DNA of 64,000 nucleotides from Octopus vulgaris (GCA_951406725.2 OX597820.1:67766001-67830000), one strand, 5' to 3'; shown: positions 42,003 to 56,746, counted from the first letter of the stretch. Translations and numbers: made by a program. Notes: a model not told the origin generated them from the sequence alone.

Positions 42003-45000
42003 TATATAAGAGGCGTTAGTAAATAATGAAAAGTAACTTGATCGATGCTCTACCGGTTCAACCAATCTCCGGTTGCCAGCTTGTTGCAGTTGGTTAACCC
42101 TAATTCTGCTCTGACTGAATAGATCTATGATGTAGACCCTTCTAGTAGTGACTACCTCCACTTTTTGTATTTCAGCGAGTATGATATTCGAGGTGTCCTC
42201 TCATTCTCTCATTTTTATAGCACGACTGGATATATTCGAGGAAATTTCGGTATTAGTTTTAGTCAGAATCGAAATTTCAACTAAAACTGTGTTAAGTTTT
42301 TAGTGTCTAGGAAAAACATGGAGAGAGGAAACAGCAACAACGTTATCATCAACAACAATAGCAACAACAACCACTACTGCCACCGCGGCCATCACTACCA
42401 AAATTACATCTGCATTTCTTACATAGGCTTTATATCATTATTTGAAAAAATATTTATTCGACCCAATATACGACTGGTCCTAAGCTCAATAGAATTTCTG
42501 ACATTGACATTATATTATTGTAAGGAGTTAAATAGTCACATTAAAATAAGTTCAACTTCTTTTTCGATTGGGAGGAGTAAAATCGATCGAATCGTCACAG
42601 CACGTAACTAATACTAAATTTACCCACATTGGGACAATAGAACATAAATCCACCTTTGTAAATATTAAATTTAAATGCAAGGGGACGAAAGTCGATGGTG
42701 TCTGACTGCTCACCGCATTATTACGATAATTTTTCAAATTTATAATATAAATGACTGAAGTTTGTCTTAAACCCTAAGAGTTACAAGGCCGGAGCTTCAC
42801 CCAGTTTCCATGTCTTATAAATGACTGAGATTATAACACTCACGCTGAACGAGACGCCGGTCCGTAGCTGTAACTCATTTTACACTGGATGAACTGAAAT
42901 GAAGTTCATCACCCAGTTCAGGAATCGAAATCACGACCTTACGATCATGAGTGAGATATCCTAACCACTAGGCTATATGTCTTCACTTAGTGAAGAAATG
43001 GTAATAGAAAAATACTTATTTTATTGACAGCGAGACCCTGATAAAAAGCCAGATCAATTTGAGCGAAATGTGAACCCCGAATCTGGAGGCCATCATTCCT
43101 TTATTGAAAAGTTTGTAAACTACAACTTTACCATTTCTCTATAGCTCTCTCTGTAGCTTCTGCTACAATTTTATTCAGACTAACGTTCACTTTACACACA
43201 TTCTAGTGAAACTAACCGATGTTTACGAAGTGATGTCATTTGTTCAACTCATGTTAAATAACAACCAAATACCAAAAGAAAAAAAAAAACAAGAAAAATA
43301 TAGAGGAAAATATAGAATAGGATCATTTTTCCTTCAGGGGTAAGTTAAAATCAGAGTTTTAAAACAAGAAGTGTAAAATCGATTCGTTTTTTTCTTAATT
43401 TACATAATTATATGCCCTTGGAGGTGTGAAAATCCAGCAAAACACAGCAAAAGTTTGGCTTTAAGAAGTATAGAAATTATGTAGAATTTGTTTTAAATGA
43501 AATTGCGAAGCACAAAGTTGAAAACAGATTTTTTTTGAAAATGCATTTATTTCCTCTCAAGACGAAACTAAATATATTTTCTGTGAAACCAGTATATTTT
43601 TTAAACAGTTGAAAATATGCCAAATATCTTTGTTGTGCCATACATGTTACTTAATTTTACCATATCGTTGCAAGGAATATTTCGAAATAACAAATATATT
43701 AATGAAATTTCAACTTTAAATTTAAAACAGATTTTTCATTGTTATATCCAGGGCATTTCTGATACACTGGATACATAAGCATTATATGTTTAAAACTTGA
43801 ATAATGCCAAAATCAAAACGAGATATGTATGAAAATAAAAGCAGAGACGAGAGGAAATTGTACAGAAAAAAAAATTGTACATAAGCATATTTTATATAAA
43901 GTGCAAGCGCTAAAGAGGGGGTGTTAAGCTACACAAACCAGTTTCGATAACCTTCAGAGCTAGTTCACATTACGTATTCTTCCGATTGAGAAGATGGACT
44001 ACGACATGTTCTGGTTTCGTTGTTATTGACAGTTATATAATGGAAAAGATTCTAATATGACCCAACTGTCTCTAGTAATTAATGATGGATTAAAATTTTG
44101 ATAACATTAAAATCAATGTACATTGTAATTGTTCCTCTAACGGTTCGGACGATGGGTATTTCTGTTATTTGATCAGTGAGATTACCTACTCGTTGAATAA
44201 TAGTATAAGTGGCTAAATTATTCCACAGAAATGGGTTCCCTCAACATAATGTTTCAGCGGTATCAAGCTTCAGCATGATACTGCTGCTACTGCTGTTGTT
44301 ATTTTTGGTTATATACAAATTAACCCCAATCAAGAAGATCTATGATCAATGGTTTTCCAGTTGTGACCACATCATCATACTGTTTATCCAACTATCGTGA
44401 TTTTGCAAGACCATAGGATCCTACATCAAGGAAATTTTGCTACTACTTCTAGCATGTCTAGCGTGCACGTAGAACTAATCTCGGTGTAAAAAGCTATCAT
44501 ATAATGCTGTTCCGTTGACTTATAGTCACATAGTCCAAGTACAAAGGCACTTTTTTTTATCAGTTCTTTGTATATCTATAACAAAACTCAGACGCAACGC
44601 ACTGCTACATCAAACAATATGAAACAAAATTTGTTAGTAAAATTTGTTAACTACATAGCTATCTCACATAAGATTCCCCACAAATCTAGATCATTTATCA
44701 ATGTTAAATTAGTAGCCGAACACAATTCAGATAACATTCAGACAGCATACATTAGTGAGAGCCAGCTTAAACGAATAACATCCAACATAAACGTCTACAC
44801 CGTCGTTTAACCTGCTCAGAATAGCAACCAAGTATCTGTCAAATCACATATATCGTCTAAAATAAAGATAAATATTAGAAAATGTAGTTCAATGTATCCA
44901 GGAAAATATTAGATGTTGCCACTGCAATTACTTCGATCGCAGGTCTGCTTCATCATATTTGACCTCAGGCCAAATACCAATAAAATGCAACACCTAGTAC

Positions 45001-45214
45001 CAAACAAATTGCCGAAAGAAAACCGGGGTCAGACAGATTAAAGTTAGAGTTGTACTTCTCAATTGCACGAGTCGTTCTGAGATATAGAAACTAATAGGTG
45101 AAGAATAGAAACTAATGCTTGAAAAGTGAAGTTAGGAGGTTTTGTGTGTATTTAGAGGGATAAAAGGTCTTTTATACAACGTAATTGTTTGCGTCTGTCT
45201 GATTGTATCATGAA

Positions 45215-45510
45215 AGGGGCGAATGTTAGTGTTTTCGGCTCACGATCGTAAGCTTGTGAGTTCGATTCCCGGCGGCGCGTTCTGTCTTTGAGCAAGACAC
45301 TTTATTTTACATTGCTCCTGTCGACTCAGCTATAATTCAAAGAGGCCAACCGTATCCCATTCTTTGTCACGCTGAATCTCCCTGAGAATTACGTTAAGAG
45401 TATGGGTGTCTGTGGATTGCTCAGCTACTTGCGCGTTAATTTCACGACCAGACTGTTCTATTGATCGGATCAACCGGAACACACGTCATAGTAACCGACA
45501 GAGTGCCCAA
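45215..45510 (+). mobile_element. SINE family D, longer copy
   Basis: tcggctcacgatcgtaagcttgtgagttcgattcccgg...ttgagcaagacactttatttt. Confidence 0.7.
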
Positions 45511-46132
45511 TTGCATGATTGTGTGTGTTTCAATGTATATATATATATATATATATGAGTTTAAGAAGCTTGTTTCGCTACCACATGGTTTCTGGTTAGT
45601 CCTACTGCGCGGTTTCTTAGGCAAGGGTTTTCTGCTAAAGCTCTGGGCTATGAAATCTCGGTGTAAAAAGCTATCATATAATGCTGTTCCGTTGACTTAT
45701 AGAAAATGCCTGCATCGTACACATACACGCACACACAGACATTGCTGACCAATTTAAATTCTCGAACAGACTCTGTTGGAAACTCTTTTGGAGAATCTCA
45801 ATTGGTCAGCATGTAGCTTCCTTAATGTCCATTGACTCTGATGATATTTTACTCTAGATCTTCAAAACGCAAACTTATTTTATTCTATAGGTTTCTAATT
45901 TGTATTCAGTGTGAATTGAAACAGTTGTAGACCTAATTAGAATGTTAATAAATTAATTTATATCCATTGAATCTCTCCGTTTTCTTATTTAATAATATCT
46001 GATATTTATAATATACCTATTTTTATATTGAAGATATATTTCTCAACAATATAATGTATTAAACCAGTGTAACTTAGATGAAACCAATCGTATAAGAGGT
46101 TAATATCCTTGTAGTGGCTATATATACATACA

Positions 46133-46177
<45 letters not shown>

Positions 46178-46511
46178 TTAGAGATAAAACCACTATTAGG
46201 CAAATCAAACAGTGAAAATCATAAGGCAATACATAAAATTAATTTAATTTATATTATTTTAAATATATATCAAAAGTATTAAAAGTTTATATATGTATAT
46301 ATATATACATATATCTATATATGCATGTTAGTGTGTGCGTGTGCGCGTCCGTGCGTGTGCCGGTCTATGCACGCGCACGCACGCCTTCGTGTTTACGTTT
46401 GTCTCCTACCGTTTGACAAAATTGTTGGTTTAGTTCCCCCTAACTTAGCGCTTCCGCTAAAGTGATTAGAAGAACAAGTAGCAGATTTAACACACACACA
46501 CACACACACAG

Positions 46512-46559
<48 letters not shown>

Positions 46560-47167
46560 GTACTGCGGCTGATTCGATCGACCAAAATCCTTTAAAGCGG
46601 TGCCCTAACGTAGTCGCAGTCCAATGGCTAAAATCAATGAAAGATAAACGATAAGAGATTCATGCACACACACATACAGAGAATAAGAGAGAAAGGGAGA
46701 CAGAGACAGAGAGGGAAAGAGAAAGAAAGACAGACAGAAAGTTAGTTATATTGTAGAAGAGTCGTTTTATCCAACGAGATAGACACAAAATCTTTTAAAT
46801 TCACTTTCCCTTTATATCTCCACAATGAAAGAATTCAGTTTCAACAAACTGTCTCACATGAAATTACTTGGTAGAAAGTACAGCTTCAACATATACATAC
46901 ATACATACATACATACATACACAGAAACACACGCACATACATAAAACACAGTCACTCACATATTCACATATACGTACATACATACATATGTGTGTGTGTG
47001 TATGTATATATACATGAATATACATACACATGTATATTTATGTATATATTTATCTCTCTCTCTCTCTCTCTACATATATATATAAATATATATAAATGTG
47101 TGTATATGTATATATACATGCATATACATATATATATTTATGTACATATTTAACTCTCTCTCTCTCT

Positions 47168-47226
<59 letters not shown>

Positions 47227-47542
47227 TGTGTAAATGACTGAAGCAAAAGATAAAAGGTATATCTGTATGTCCATATAATTGATTTATTCATTAGCTGAAT
47301 ATTATCTAAATATCCGCCATGTGTTTTCGGGCAATTCTTTTAATCCATCTTCTTGTACTGCTTCTTCAGAGAAATGTTTTCCCCTTTGTATATCCAAGCG
47401 TGTGCATCTTCGCAGATACTCATATATATATAGTTGCGAAGAATTACACATGGACTATACATAGCAACTCTAAAGTCATATAAACAAGGTATTTCTTCCC
47501 AGAAAATCTATGACTAATCATCTTAGTCTTTGGATATGAGCA

Positions 47543-48077
47543 ATGTATAAACGGGTGAAACAAAAAGAGCGAAGTTTGATTATAAACCATAAGGAAAATA
47601 TAGAGATATTTATTTAAGATTGTCATCGCGGCACATCATGATGTTTCGACAACTGTTTGTCTCTCCAACCGGTGTTGAGAAAGACATATTTCGCTCTTTG
47701 CTTCTTTATTTTTAACTTCCTGAATTTGGAGTTACAATCCAATGCCAAAAGCCTTTTCAGACCTTCCAGTTGGCTGCGAGGGGTAAATATACAAAGCCAC
47801 TTAAAATACATGTATAAACGGGTGAAACAAAAAGAGCGAAGTTTGATTATAAACCATAAGGAAAATATAGAGATTTTTATTTAAGATTGTCATCGCGGCA
47901 CATCATGATGTTTCGACAACTGTTTGTCTCTCCAACCGGTGTTGAGAAAGACAGATATTTCGTTCTTTGCTTTTTTATTTTTAACTTCCTGAATTTGGAG
48001 TTACAATCCAATGCCAAAAGCCTTCGCAGACCTTCCAGTTGGCTGCGAGGGGTAAATATATAAAGCCACTTAAAATA
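47543..48077. repeat. Tandem duplication of a 267-bp unit, probably Penelope-like terminal repeats
   Basis: Units 47543-47809 and 47810-48077 differ by a few substitutions and a 2-nt indel. Each carries a hammerhead-like motif on the minus strand. Confidence 0.9.
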
Positions 48078-48270
48078 AACAGAGATGATGAAATGAACGC
48101 TTATCTATATAAAAAAAAGGTTTTTCATAATCTGTCTTTGTGGATCTTGGAAAATATCTCTTGAATGCTTTACTGGGACATTGATTAAGTTAGAATTCTG
48201 AAAAATTCAATATATACATAGATATGCATGCATACAAACAAACATACATACATACGTATGCATGTATTTG

Positions 48271-48315
<45 letters not shown>

Positions 48316-48389
48316 GTATACATATATGTATACATACGTGTATGCACACGTATGGAATGTATGTGTGAGTGTATATCTATATACATGTG

Positions 48390-49652
48390 CAGTGTGTGTA
48401 AGGTATTTGAGGACATACCTTTTGGGGGTCATTGCTGCATTTTTTGCTAACACGAAATTATCTTTGTTTCAGGAAAATAATGATGGCAGACCCTCAGCTT
48501 ACTCAAGAAATGAAGAGGAATGCTGTTATTGTGGTTATAAAGGCTGAGCACAGCGATTTAGAAATATCGTAATTTAAAAAAAATTATCAGATATTTCGTC
48601 TACAAAGTTTGTAAGGAGCTAGAGACTGAAGATGGAAACGTATCACCAGTATCAAAGCATAAAAAGCATTCTAAACGCTCTGAAATCATCAGAACGTATG
48701 AATCTATCCAACAAGTTCAACAGACCATTGATTACAATCCCAGAAAGTCCATGAGGTCATTGCAAAAGATTTCCATGTGTCAGAAGGAACAGTTGTCCAT
48801 GAAGACATAAGATATAAGTCTTATATGATGAGGAAAGGTCAATTTGTCAGAAAAAGCAAAAGAAAATCACTACATCAGATCTAAAAGGCTCTTAAACAAA
48901 CTGAAAAATCCTGCAGAAGAAGATTTGATTTGGTTTTTCTCAAACGAATAAAAACCTTCAACCAAGATCAAAAAGTTAACAGAAGAAATGACAGATGGTT
49001 ATGTGCAGACCCTTCTAAAGTTCCAACTGTTACGCATAGAAAATTTCCAGCAACTGTCATGGTTTTAGGGGTTGTCAGCAATGCAGGACATATGATACCT
49101 CCTTACTTCTTTTTACAAGGCCTTAGAGTTAACTCTGTCTCCTACAGTGAGGTCCTGGAAATAATTGTTAAGCCCTGGATAGACAGTGTATGCAATGGAA
49201 GGCCATATCTGTTTATGTAAGACTGCACTATTGCACACGGTCCTAGAAACACAAGAATGGATGGCTGAAAATGTTCATGATCACATAACCAATAACATTT
49301 GGCCCCCTATTTCCCCAGATCTCAATCCATTGGAGTATTCCATGTGGAGCGTTGTTGACTATTCCATGTGGAGATAGGTCAATGAACATGCCCATAACAC
49401 CAAAGATTCTTTGAAAGCTGTCATAGTCAAAGTGATGTTCAAAATGAACCAGGACCACTTGATTCAAACATGTAGGTGATTTAGATCTCATATAGAAACT
49501 GTTGTTGAAGCTGAAGGTGGCTTTATTGAATAACATTTTAGAAAAGAAGGTTTATCTTTATCCTCATAGCATTTTTGATAGATAAAATTATTATCTGTTA
49601 TTATATATCTGGTTCTTTTTATAAATATAAATCTATTTTCTTACGCACCCTG
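48390..49652 (+). mobile_element. maT/DD37D-like (Tc1/mariner superfamily) transposon, inactivated
   Basis: Ends cagtgtgtgtaag / cttacgcaccctg-TA. Transposase relic at ~48480-49533 with WFFSNE, NRRNDRWL, VMVLGVVSNAG, WPPISPDLNPLEYSMW and VVEAEGGFIE*. Confidence 0.85.
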
Positions 49653-52001
49653 TATATACATAAGTGTGTGTGTGAGTGTGTGTGTGTATGTGTGTGTATG
49701 TGTGTGTGTGTGTATACATACATTTGTAGAGTAATTAGTTAATGTTCCATGATAGTTTCACGCTAATGTGAAATTAATGAACTAGTTTGGGATCGGAGTG
49801 CGGTTACAGGTCTTATATTTCATTTTAATCTTCGCACATATCAGGTACATTTGGTAAGACGGTTTTAATGAAGAAGGACTATCTACAGGAATGTTTCAGA
49901 AGAATCAGAAAAAAAGATCACGGAAGTTGTTCGTTAGTCTTGAACCATAGCCACTGAATAAAGACTGTTGTCTAACTCATTACATTAAATTGTGAAAGAA
50001 TGTAAAGATGTCATATGTTTAATTTGTTACTGTTATTATTTCCCCGTGGAGAAAAAGACAACAAAATCACACGTGTTGATAGTCCCTAGTTTTATCTCTT
50101 GTAATATAAATTATTATCTTCTTCAAAAACAAAATCAATAACATTTTAAATTGAGTACTTATCATGAGATCAATAATGTAGCAATCATCAAACTTTTCGA
50201 AGTTTATATCTGATATGTCGTGTTTTGAGTTTACGACATTATCATCGTCGATTTTATCATTGACGTCATAACAATCAGGGATACTTTTGCTATGGTCATT
50301 GTTATTAAGAGAATAAAAGACTGCAATAAGGGAAGACAGAACTCCAGTAACTAAAGTGTGTTGTTTCTATAGAGATAAGCCCCTCCCCTCAGTGAGTCAA
50401 GATTGCTGCTTGACACTTACCACCTTTATTATATCTCTAAAGAGCCAACGGTGAAGCCTCTAATCGGTCGATTGAAGTACTAGAAATAGCAGCTAATAAC
50501 GCCTACTGATTAAAGAAAAGAAACATTGGTTTATAAAGTCCTAGATACACTATAACTGAGAGATAAAGTATGTATGGTTACAGTTTTAACGCATTGGATT
50601 CTAAGTCTGCTCTACCAGGGCTGATAAGTGCCTAAACACCAGCTATAAGAAAAACGTTACGTCTCTAATGTTGTTGGGAAAAGTTTCTGTTGATTGAAAT
50701 TGTGCAGATGCCCGCCTATAGACATTATCTGGTTCTAGGGGTTGGTTTAAAATGTTCTACGGTTAGCATCACTACTACTTCTCAAATGTCTACAGTGTTG
50801 TCCTCTGGTTTACAAACAAGTATTAGAACTTGAGAAGTCGATGCTTTGATGGTGCCTACTATAGCAATCCATGAATTGTGATTTCTTAATCTTTTTAATT
50901 TAATCATTTTACTTAATCCTTAATCCTCCCTGTAGTAAACTTGCACTCCCACTGAAACTGCAAACATGAACTCTACACTTCAACAGCAAATGGCAACTAT
51001 GGCCACGGCGTCTGCGCTATCAGACGCGCTTGCTCTTTCAGTGGGGCATTTGTCAAGTTTGCATATTGGAAGTTTGGGCTGCAGGTAGAAGCATTACTTG
51101 ACGCGCTGGAACGTTAGTGCCGACCGTCGGTTGTGGTCAGCATTCATGAGGCACGTGGTGAGCCCTTTGGTCGGAGTTGGCTTAACTCTGCCCGGGTGAA
51201 CGCCGCTGCAAATACAAGCAAGTACAAGTAGACTCAGAGACCTTGCTAAAAGCCATGAGCGTTGCCGTCTGTTTTCAGTTGAAGCCGGAAAATGAACACT
51301 ACTACAGGTAAGAACCAAAAGCTGATCTTGGACTTGTGTAGACAATGATATATTTTTTACTTTATTTTAAAGACAGCCTTGATAAGGATGTCTTTGTTGG
51401 GACATCGAAATCCACTTCGTGGGTATCTAACTTTATCTCATGGAGAAATGATAAATCTCTCGGTGACCAGAGGGCAATATAGCATATATATACATCATCC
51501 AGCGGACGAAATTGAATATATTTTTACAAGCAATCCAACGAATAAAACTGCTAATATTACAGCACATTTGATAATCACAGGGTTAACTTATTCCTACTTT
51601 TAGGTAGCTGTTTACAACATAATGAACTTTGCCGTTTGCAAGTACAGACTTCTGGTTACAAACAGAACACGGCGCTAATGACAGGATAATCTCTTCAGCA
51701 TATCCAACTGTGCACTCACCTGCCTTAAACATCTTAATACGAAATTCTATTAATATGAGCTTCCGTCTGTAGTTTTGAATCTTTATTAAGAGGATTTCAC
51801 CTGCAGCCGATACACAGATAAAGTTAATGTATGAGATAAAGTTAATGTATGAATACAAGCGTATCTTGTCATAGGAGACAACAAATTACATTACTATGTA
51901 TATCTGATGTTTCTCTTTATCCATTACGCATGTGAATGGCGAAAGCGGACAATCAGAAACTGTGCCTTCAAAGAAACTGTGTAGCATTTTGTTGGAATGA
52001 T

Positions 52002-52033
<32 letters not shown>

Positions 52034-52801
52034 CATACATACATACATACGTACGTACGTACGTACGTACATACATACATACGTACGTACGTACATACAC
52101 ATACATGCATACATACATACATACATACATACATACATACATACATACGTACATATACATACATATATACATACAAACAAAGCCAAATCCTTTTCACACA
52201 CACATACAAACGCGCGCGCGTGCACACACATACACACACAGTACAATAAGAAATAGAAAGTCCTTATTACAGTATTATATATTTGGAAAAAAAGGAATAG
52301 AAATGGCTTTTCTGATAATTTTGCCCACTTTAATCCAATTATTAAAGTGGAAAAACTATCAGAAAAGCCATTTCTATTCATTTGATCATATATATATATA
52401 TACTTTACAACTTTTCTTTGTTATATATATATGTATCACTGATAATTAATTTATATCGTATCTCTACAAATGAATCAATGAATCAAAAATAGATGAATAT
52501 ACGACTTCGTTTTATTTAACTGTAAAATAAAATAGATTAATAAAAACCTAAAATAAAGCACTCTAGCCAAGACCAATCAAATCCTTATTTTTCGGCATCT
52601 TATATCTAAGACTATATTCTTAGAATCTTTGTGAAGACCTTAGGGTATAGTTTAAGGGAAATAGCTACTATTTCTATCAAGTAAGAACGCCAACATAAAG
52701 ACATTCTTGTTGGCTTCTGGTTTTTATAGTTGTTATCGTTGCTTTGTTTAGCTCCACCCCAGCCTCAATGAAAGTGGTCTATGATGAAAGAAATTCTATA
52801 T

Positions 52802-53204
52802 ACTCTTTTACTCTTTTACTTGTTTCAGTCATTTGGACTGCGGCCATGCTGGAGCACCGCCTTTAATCGAGCAACTCGACCCCGGGACTTATTCTTTTTG
52901 TAAGCCCAGTACTTATTCTATCGTTTTTTTTGCCGAACCGCTAAGTAACGGGGACATAAACACACCAGCATCGGTTGTCAAGCAATGCTAGGGGGACAAA
53001 CGAGACACAAACCCACCCACCCACCCACACACACACATATATATACATATATACGACAGGCTTCTTTCAGTTTCTGTCTACCAAATTCACTCACAAGGCA
53101 TTGGTCGGCCCGGGGCTACAGCAGAAGACACTTCCCAAGATGCCACGCAGTGGGACTGAACCCGGAACCATGTGGTTGGTTAGCAAGCTACTTACCACAC
53201 AGCC
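52802..53204 (-). mobile_element. Full-length SINE, family A
   Basis: Complete head-to-tail match with the other family A copies. Confidence 0.9.
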
Positions 53205-53519
53205 ATTCCATTTTTTTGTGTAGCTCTATATCTTTTTGTATATTATTCAATGTCATCTTTATTTCAAGTTCTAGAATAAATTTTAAGGGCGATTTCACAG
53301 TTATTTCTGACAGATTGAACGACCGCACAAAAAACCGTTATTGACTCGCGGCTTCTGTAAGGTAAATAAGATAAATGCATTCGGTAGAAACGAAGTAAAG
53401 AAAAATATTACTTATGATTTCCTCCAGGTGAGAGAACGGATGTATTGTAGATAAGATGTTATATTCAGAAATCCATAGCAACGCCAATATACAGCAATAT
53501 ACACACCTCTTTTAACTTA

Positions 53520-53726
53520 TATTCTTTTACTTGTTTCAGTCATTTGACTGCGGCCATGTTGGGGCCTTGAAGGGTTTTTAGTCGAACAGATCGATCTCAC
53601 GACTTATTTCCTGAAGCCTAGTACTTATTCTATCGGTGACTTTTGCCGAAACTGCTAAGTTACTGGGACGTAAACAGACAAACACCGGCTGACAAGCGAT
53701 GTTAAGGGGACAAACACAAGCACAAA

Positions 53727-53771
<45 letters not shown>

Positions 53772-53935
53772 CACGGGCTTCTTTCAGTTTCTGTCTACCA
53801 AATCCACTCACAAGGCTTTGATCGGCCCCGGGCTAGAGTAGAAGACACTTGTCCAAGGTGTCATACAGTGGGACTGAACCTGGAACCACGTGATTGGGAA
53901 GCAAGCTTCGTACCACCCTGCCACGCCTGTGCCTA
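53520..53935 (-). mobile_element. Full-length SINE, family A
   Basis: Complete head-to-tail match with an internal (CA)n tract. Confidence 0.85.
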
Positions 53936-55739
53936 CGGTTATGGATTCAAAATGTTTACTTGACAAGTTCGTGGTTTGGTTTCAATCTCAATGCGCGACA
54001 CATTGGGAAAGCGTCTTCTAATATAAAACCGAGTCGACAAAGCTTCGCGAGTGAAATTTAGTAGGGAACAACTGAGAAGTCCCTTTATGTCCTTGACTAG
54101 TTAATAATTTGTCACGCGGTTTACCACCATTAAATTGCCCTTAGATGCCTTTGGCGAGGACTCCGGTTTGAGGATAACTTCTTCCCTTCCTGCTATTAGA
54201 AACAAAGACAAGGAAAATGGTCATGGCAGCTAGTCTTCCTCCTCTGGCTAAGCCATTCAAAACAACATTCTATTCAATCGGTTATTTATGTAAACTGCTC
54301 TCAAACTACAAACGTAAATGAAAATATTATAAATAAAAAAAATGTGTTTTCTCTTTACAAATCTCTATTCTGAAATGTCAAAACAAGAAGTGATAGCTAA
54401 CCATTCAGAAAGTTTGCTGCTTCTTTTTTTTCTTCTTATTCTTAATTTAGCAGTTGTCTTTTGATAACTAACATATTAATTTCCTTCACAGAAGTTTTAT
54501 GTTTTCACTTTACCCGGGAGAAATATCTTTCTTTTAAGAAAAACACCTTCAGTTCTGTTATTTCTTTCTTTTTATTTGTTGCCACGAACGCTATTACATA
54601 TTGCCTTGCACGATCAAATGCCATTTTGTATTTACTCTAAGAGATACACTTATTACCTATCACCATGGATCATTTGGAAATGCGGCGTTTATATATTTAC
54701 TAACACATATGGGATTATATAATCCAACACTCTTATTACATTTTCTATCATTCTTGTCACTAGTGTTAATATGTTTATATGATATCCTTAGGTTTCCTAT
54801 TGCCAACAGTTCTTAATATAGTTAATATTTTTATTCAATACATTTGTTATTTTTTTTTTCAAATATTAGTATGAAACCTAATATTGTTTCAGGGAAATGG
54901 AAAATGGAAGTTGCGGCTTTTATGATTTTTCTCAGGGCATGAATTACTTCAGAAAATAGAAATAGTTCGGTTAGGAATTATCACTCCATGCCACATTAAT
55001 GGATACATTAAATCAATGATTCTAAAGGGAAACAATACGAGTGGTTGTGATCCTCTTGAATGTACAAAGACCATTAAAATTTACAACTGCCAGCAGAAAG
55101 CAGGTCATAGATTTGTCAGAAGGTAGCAAACCTGTAATGAATGTCGACCAATATCTTAATTTCCGTTGACAAGATAAGTCTTATATTTCTCAAAAGCATT
55201 ATTTCTCTGTCAGCCATTTTCGTACATCATGAGTAACAAAAATCAGTACCAACTTTAACTGGGTTTCTATCACAGATGATTACAACCAGAAACTGCATAC
55301 AGAAATGAATTCAATCAAATGTTATGTCTAAACGATACGCCTCTCTTCTCCATGTATTGTCTTCTTTCGTATGCAAAAGGGTTAAAATTTGCTGTGTAGG
55401 TAAAATAAAATTCATCACGTTCGGTCTTTTCCCAGTAGTGTAAATAAAATGAAATGAAATAATATCAAATTGTGACTCGAATCTAAGCTACAAATTAATC
55501 ATGCAAAAAGTTGTACCAGGTGGATTAGGATTATATAAATACACAGAAATAAAACAATATGTATTTAGTCTGTGTGTGAAATAAAGCCTCTTTTTCTCCC
55601 CTCGCCCTTTTTCTTATAAAAACCAAATATGACCGAACTTTCAATAATGTACATTTTTTATAATCTTCGTCGAACATTTACATTATATTACTATCTATCC
55701 CCGTTAAACTCATTGGAATTTCCATGAATATTTGAACAT

Positions 55740-56335
55740 AAGAGACCGATAGAATAAGTAGAAGTTTTTAAAATCTTCTAAATTGTAGGATCGACTGTTT
55801 TGACTAAAACCCTTCAGGGTGATGCTCTAGCATGGCCGCAACCAAACGACTGAAACAAGTAGCAGATGAAAGATGTATGTGTGTGTGTGTGTGTGTGTGT
55901 GCCTATGTATGTATGTTTCATCTCTGATTATATAAAATTAAGAGTGGCTGTGTAGTATGTAGATTGCTTCCCAACCATATGATTCCGGGTTCGGTCCCAC
56001 TGCGTAGCACCTTAAGCGAGTGTCTCCTGCTATAGCCTCGGGCCTATCAAAGCCATGTGAGTGGATTTGGTAGATGGAAACTGAATGAAACCCGTCGAAT
56101 ATATATATATATATATATATATATGTTTGTGTGTCTGTGTTTGTCCCCCCTCCATCGCTTGACAATCGATGTTGGTATGTTTACGTCCCCATAACTTAGC
56201 GGTTAGGCAAAAGAGACCGATAGAATAAGTACTGGGCTTACAAAGAATAAGTCCTGGAATCGATTTGTTCGACAAAAAGCGGTGTTCCAGCGTGGGCGCA
56301 GTGAAATGACTGAAATAAATAAAAGAATAAAAGAA
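55740..56335 (+). mobile_element. SINE family A: 3' fragment (55740-55872) and full copy (55942-56335)
   Basis: agagaccgatagaataagta occurs twice. The head gagtggctgtgt is at 55942. Confidence 0.85.
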
Positions 56336-56746
56336 TATACACATTTGACAAAATATCCGGATAATCTTATAAATCGCATAAAACCGATGTTCTACATAAA
56401 CTTGTACATTTTTGTTCGTAGAAGTGTCTTAATAACTAGTGTAGTGCCTATAGTAATTTCCCATTTAGCTGACTCATCGATTCAGTTTCCAATTTTTGGT
56501 TATAGCTATTCTGCGTATTTTTCATGCGTACATCAGAAAGGCATTGCATTTTTAGCTCACCACCACTCCACATGTGAAATTTAATACTACCGATCACACA
56601 CTGGCGTGTATCTATATTCACAAAATATCGAGGAAACGATCTTATTTAGTGGGTACTCCAAAAAGAAAAAAAAAAATTAAATTTCTGGACTATTTTTCGA
56701 TGAGTAATAAACTAAATCATATTGAAGTTCTTCACAAGTAGTATTA

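Noticed and set aside
45880-45935. gaaacagttgta as a hammerhead 3' half
   Set aside because: No upstream CUGANGA core visible.
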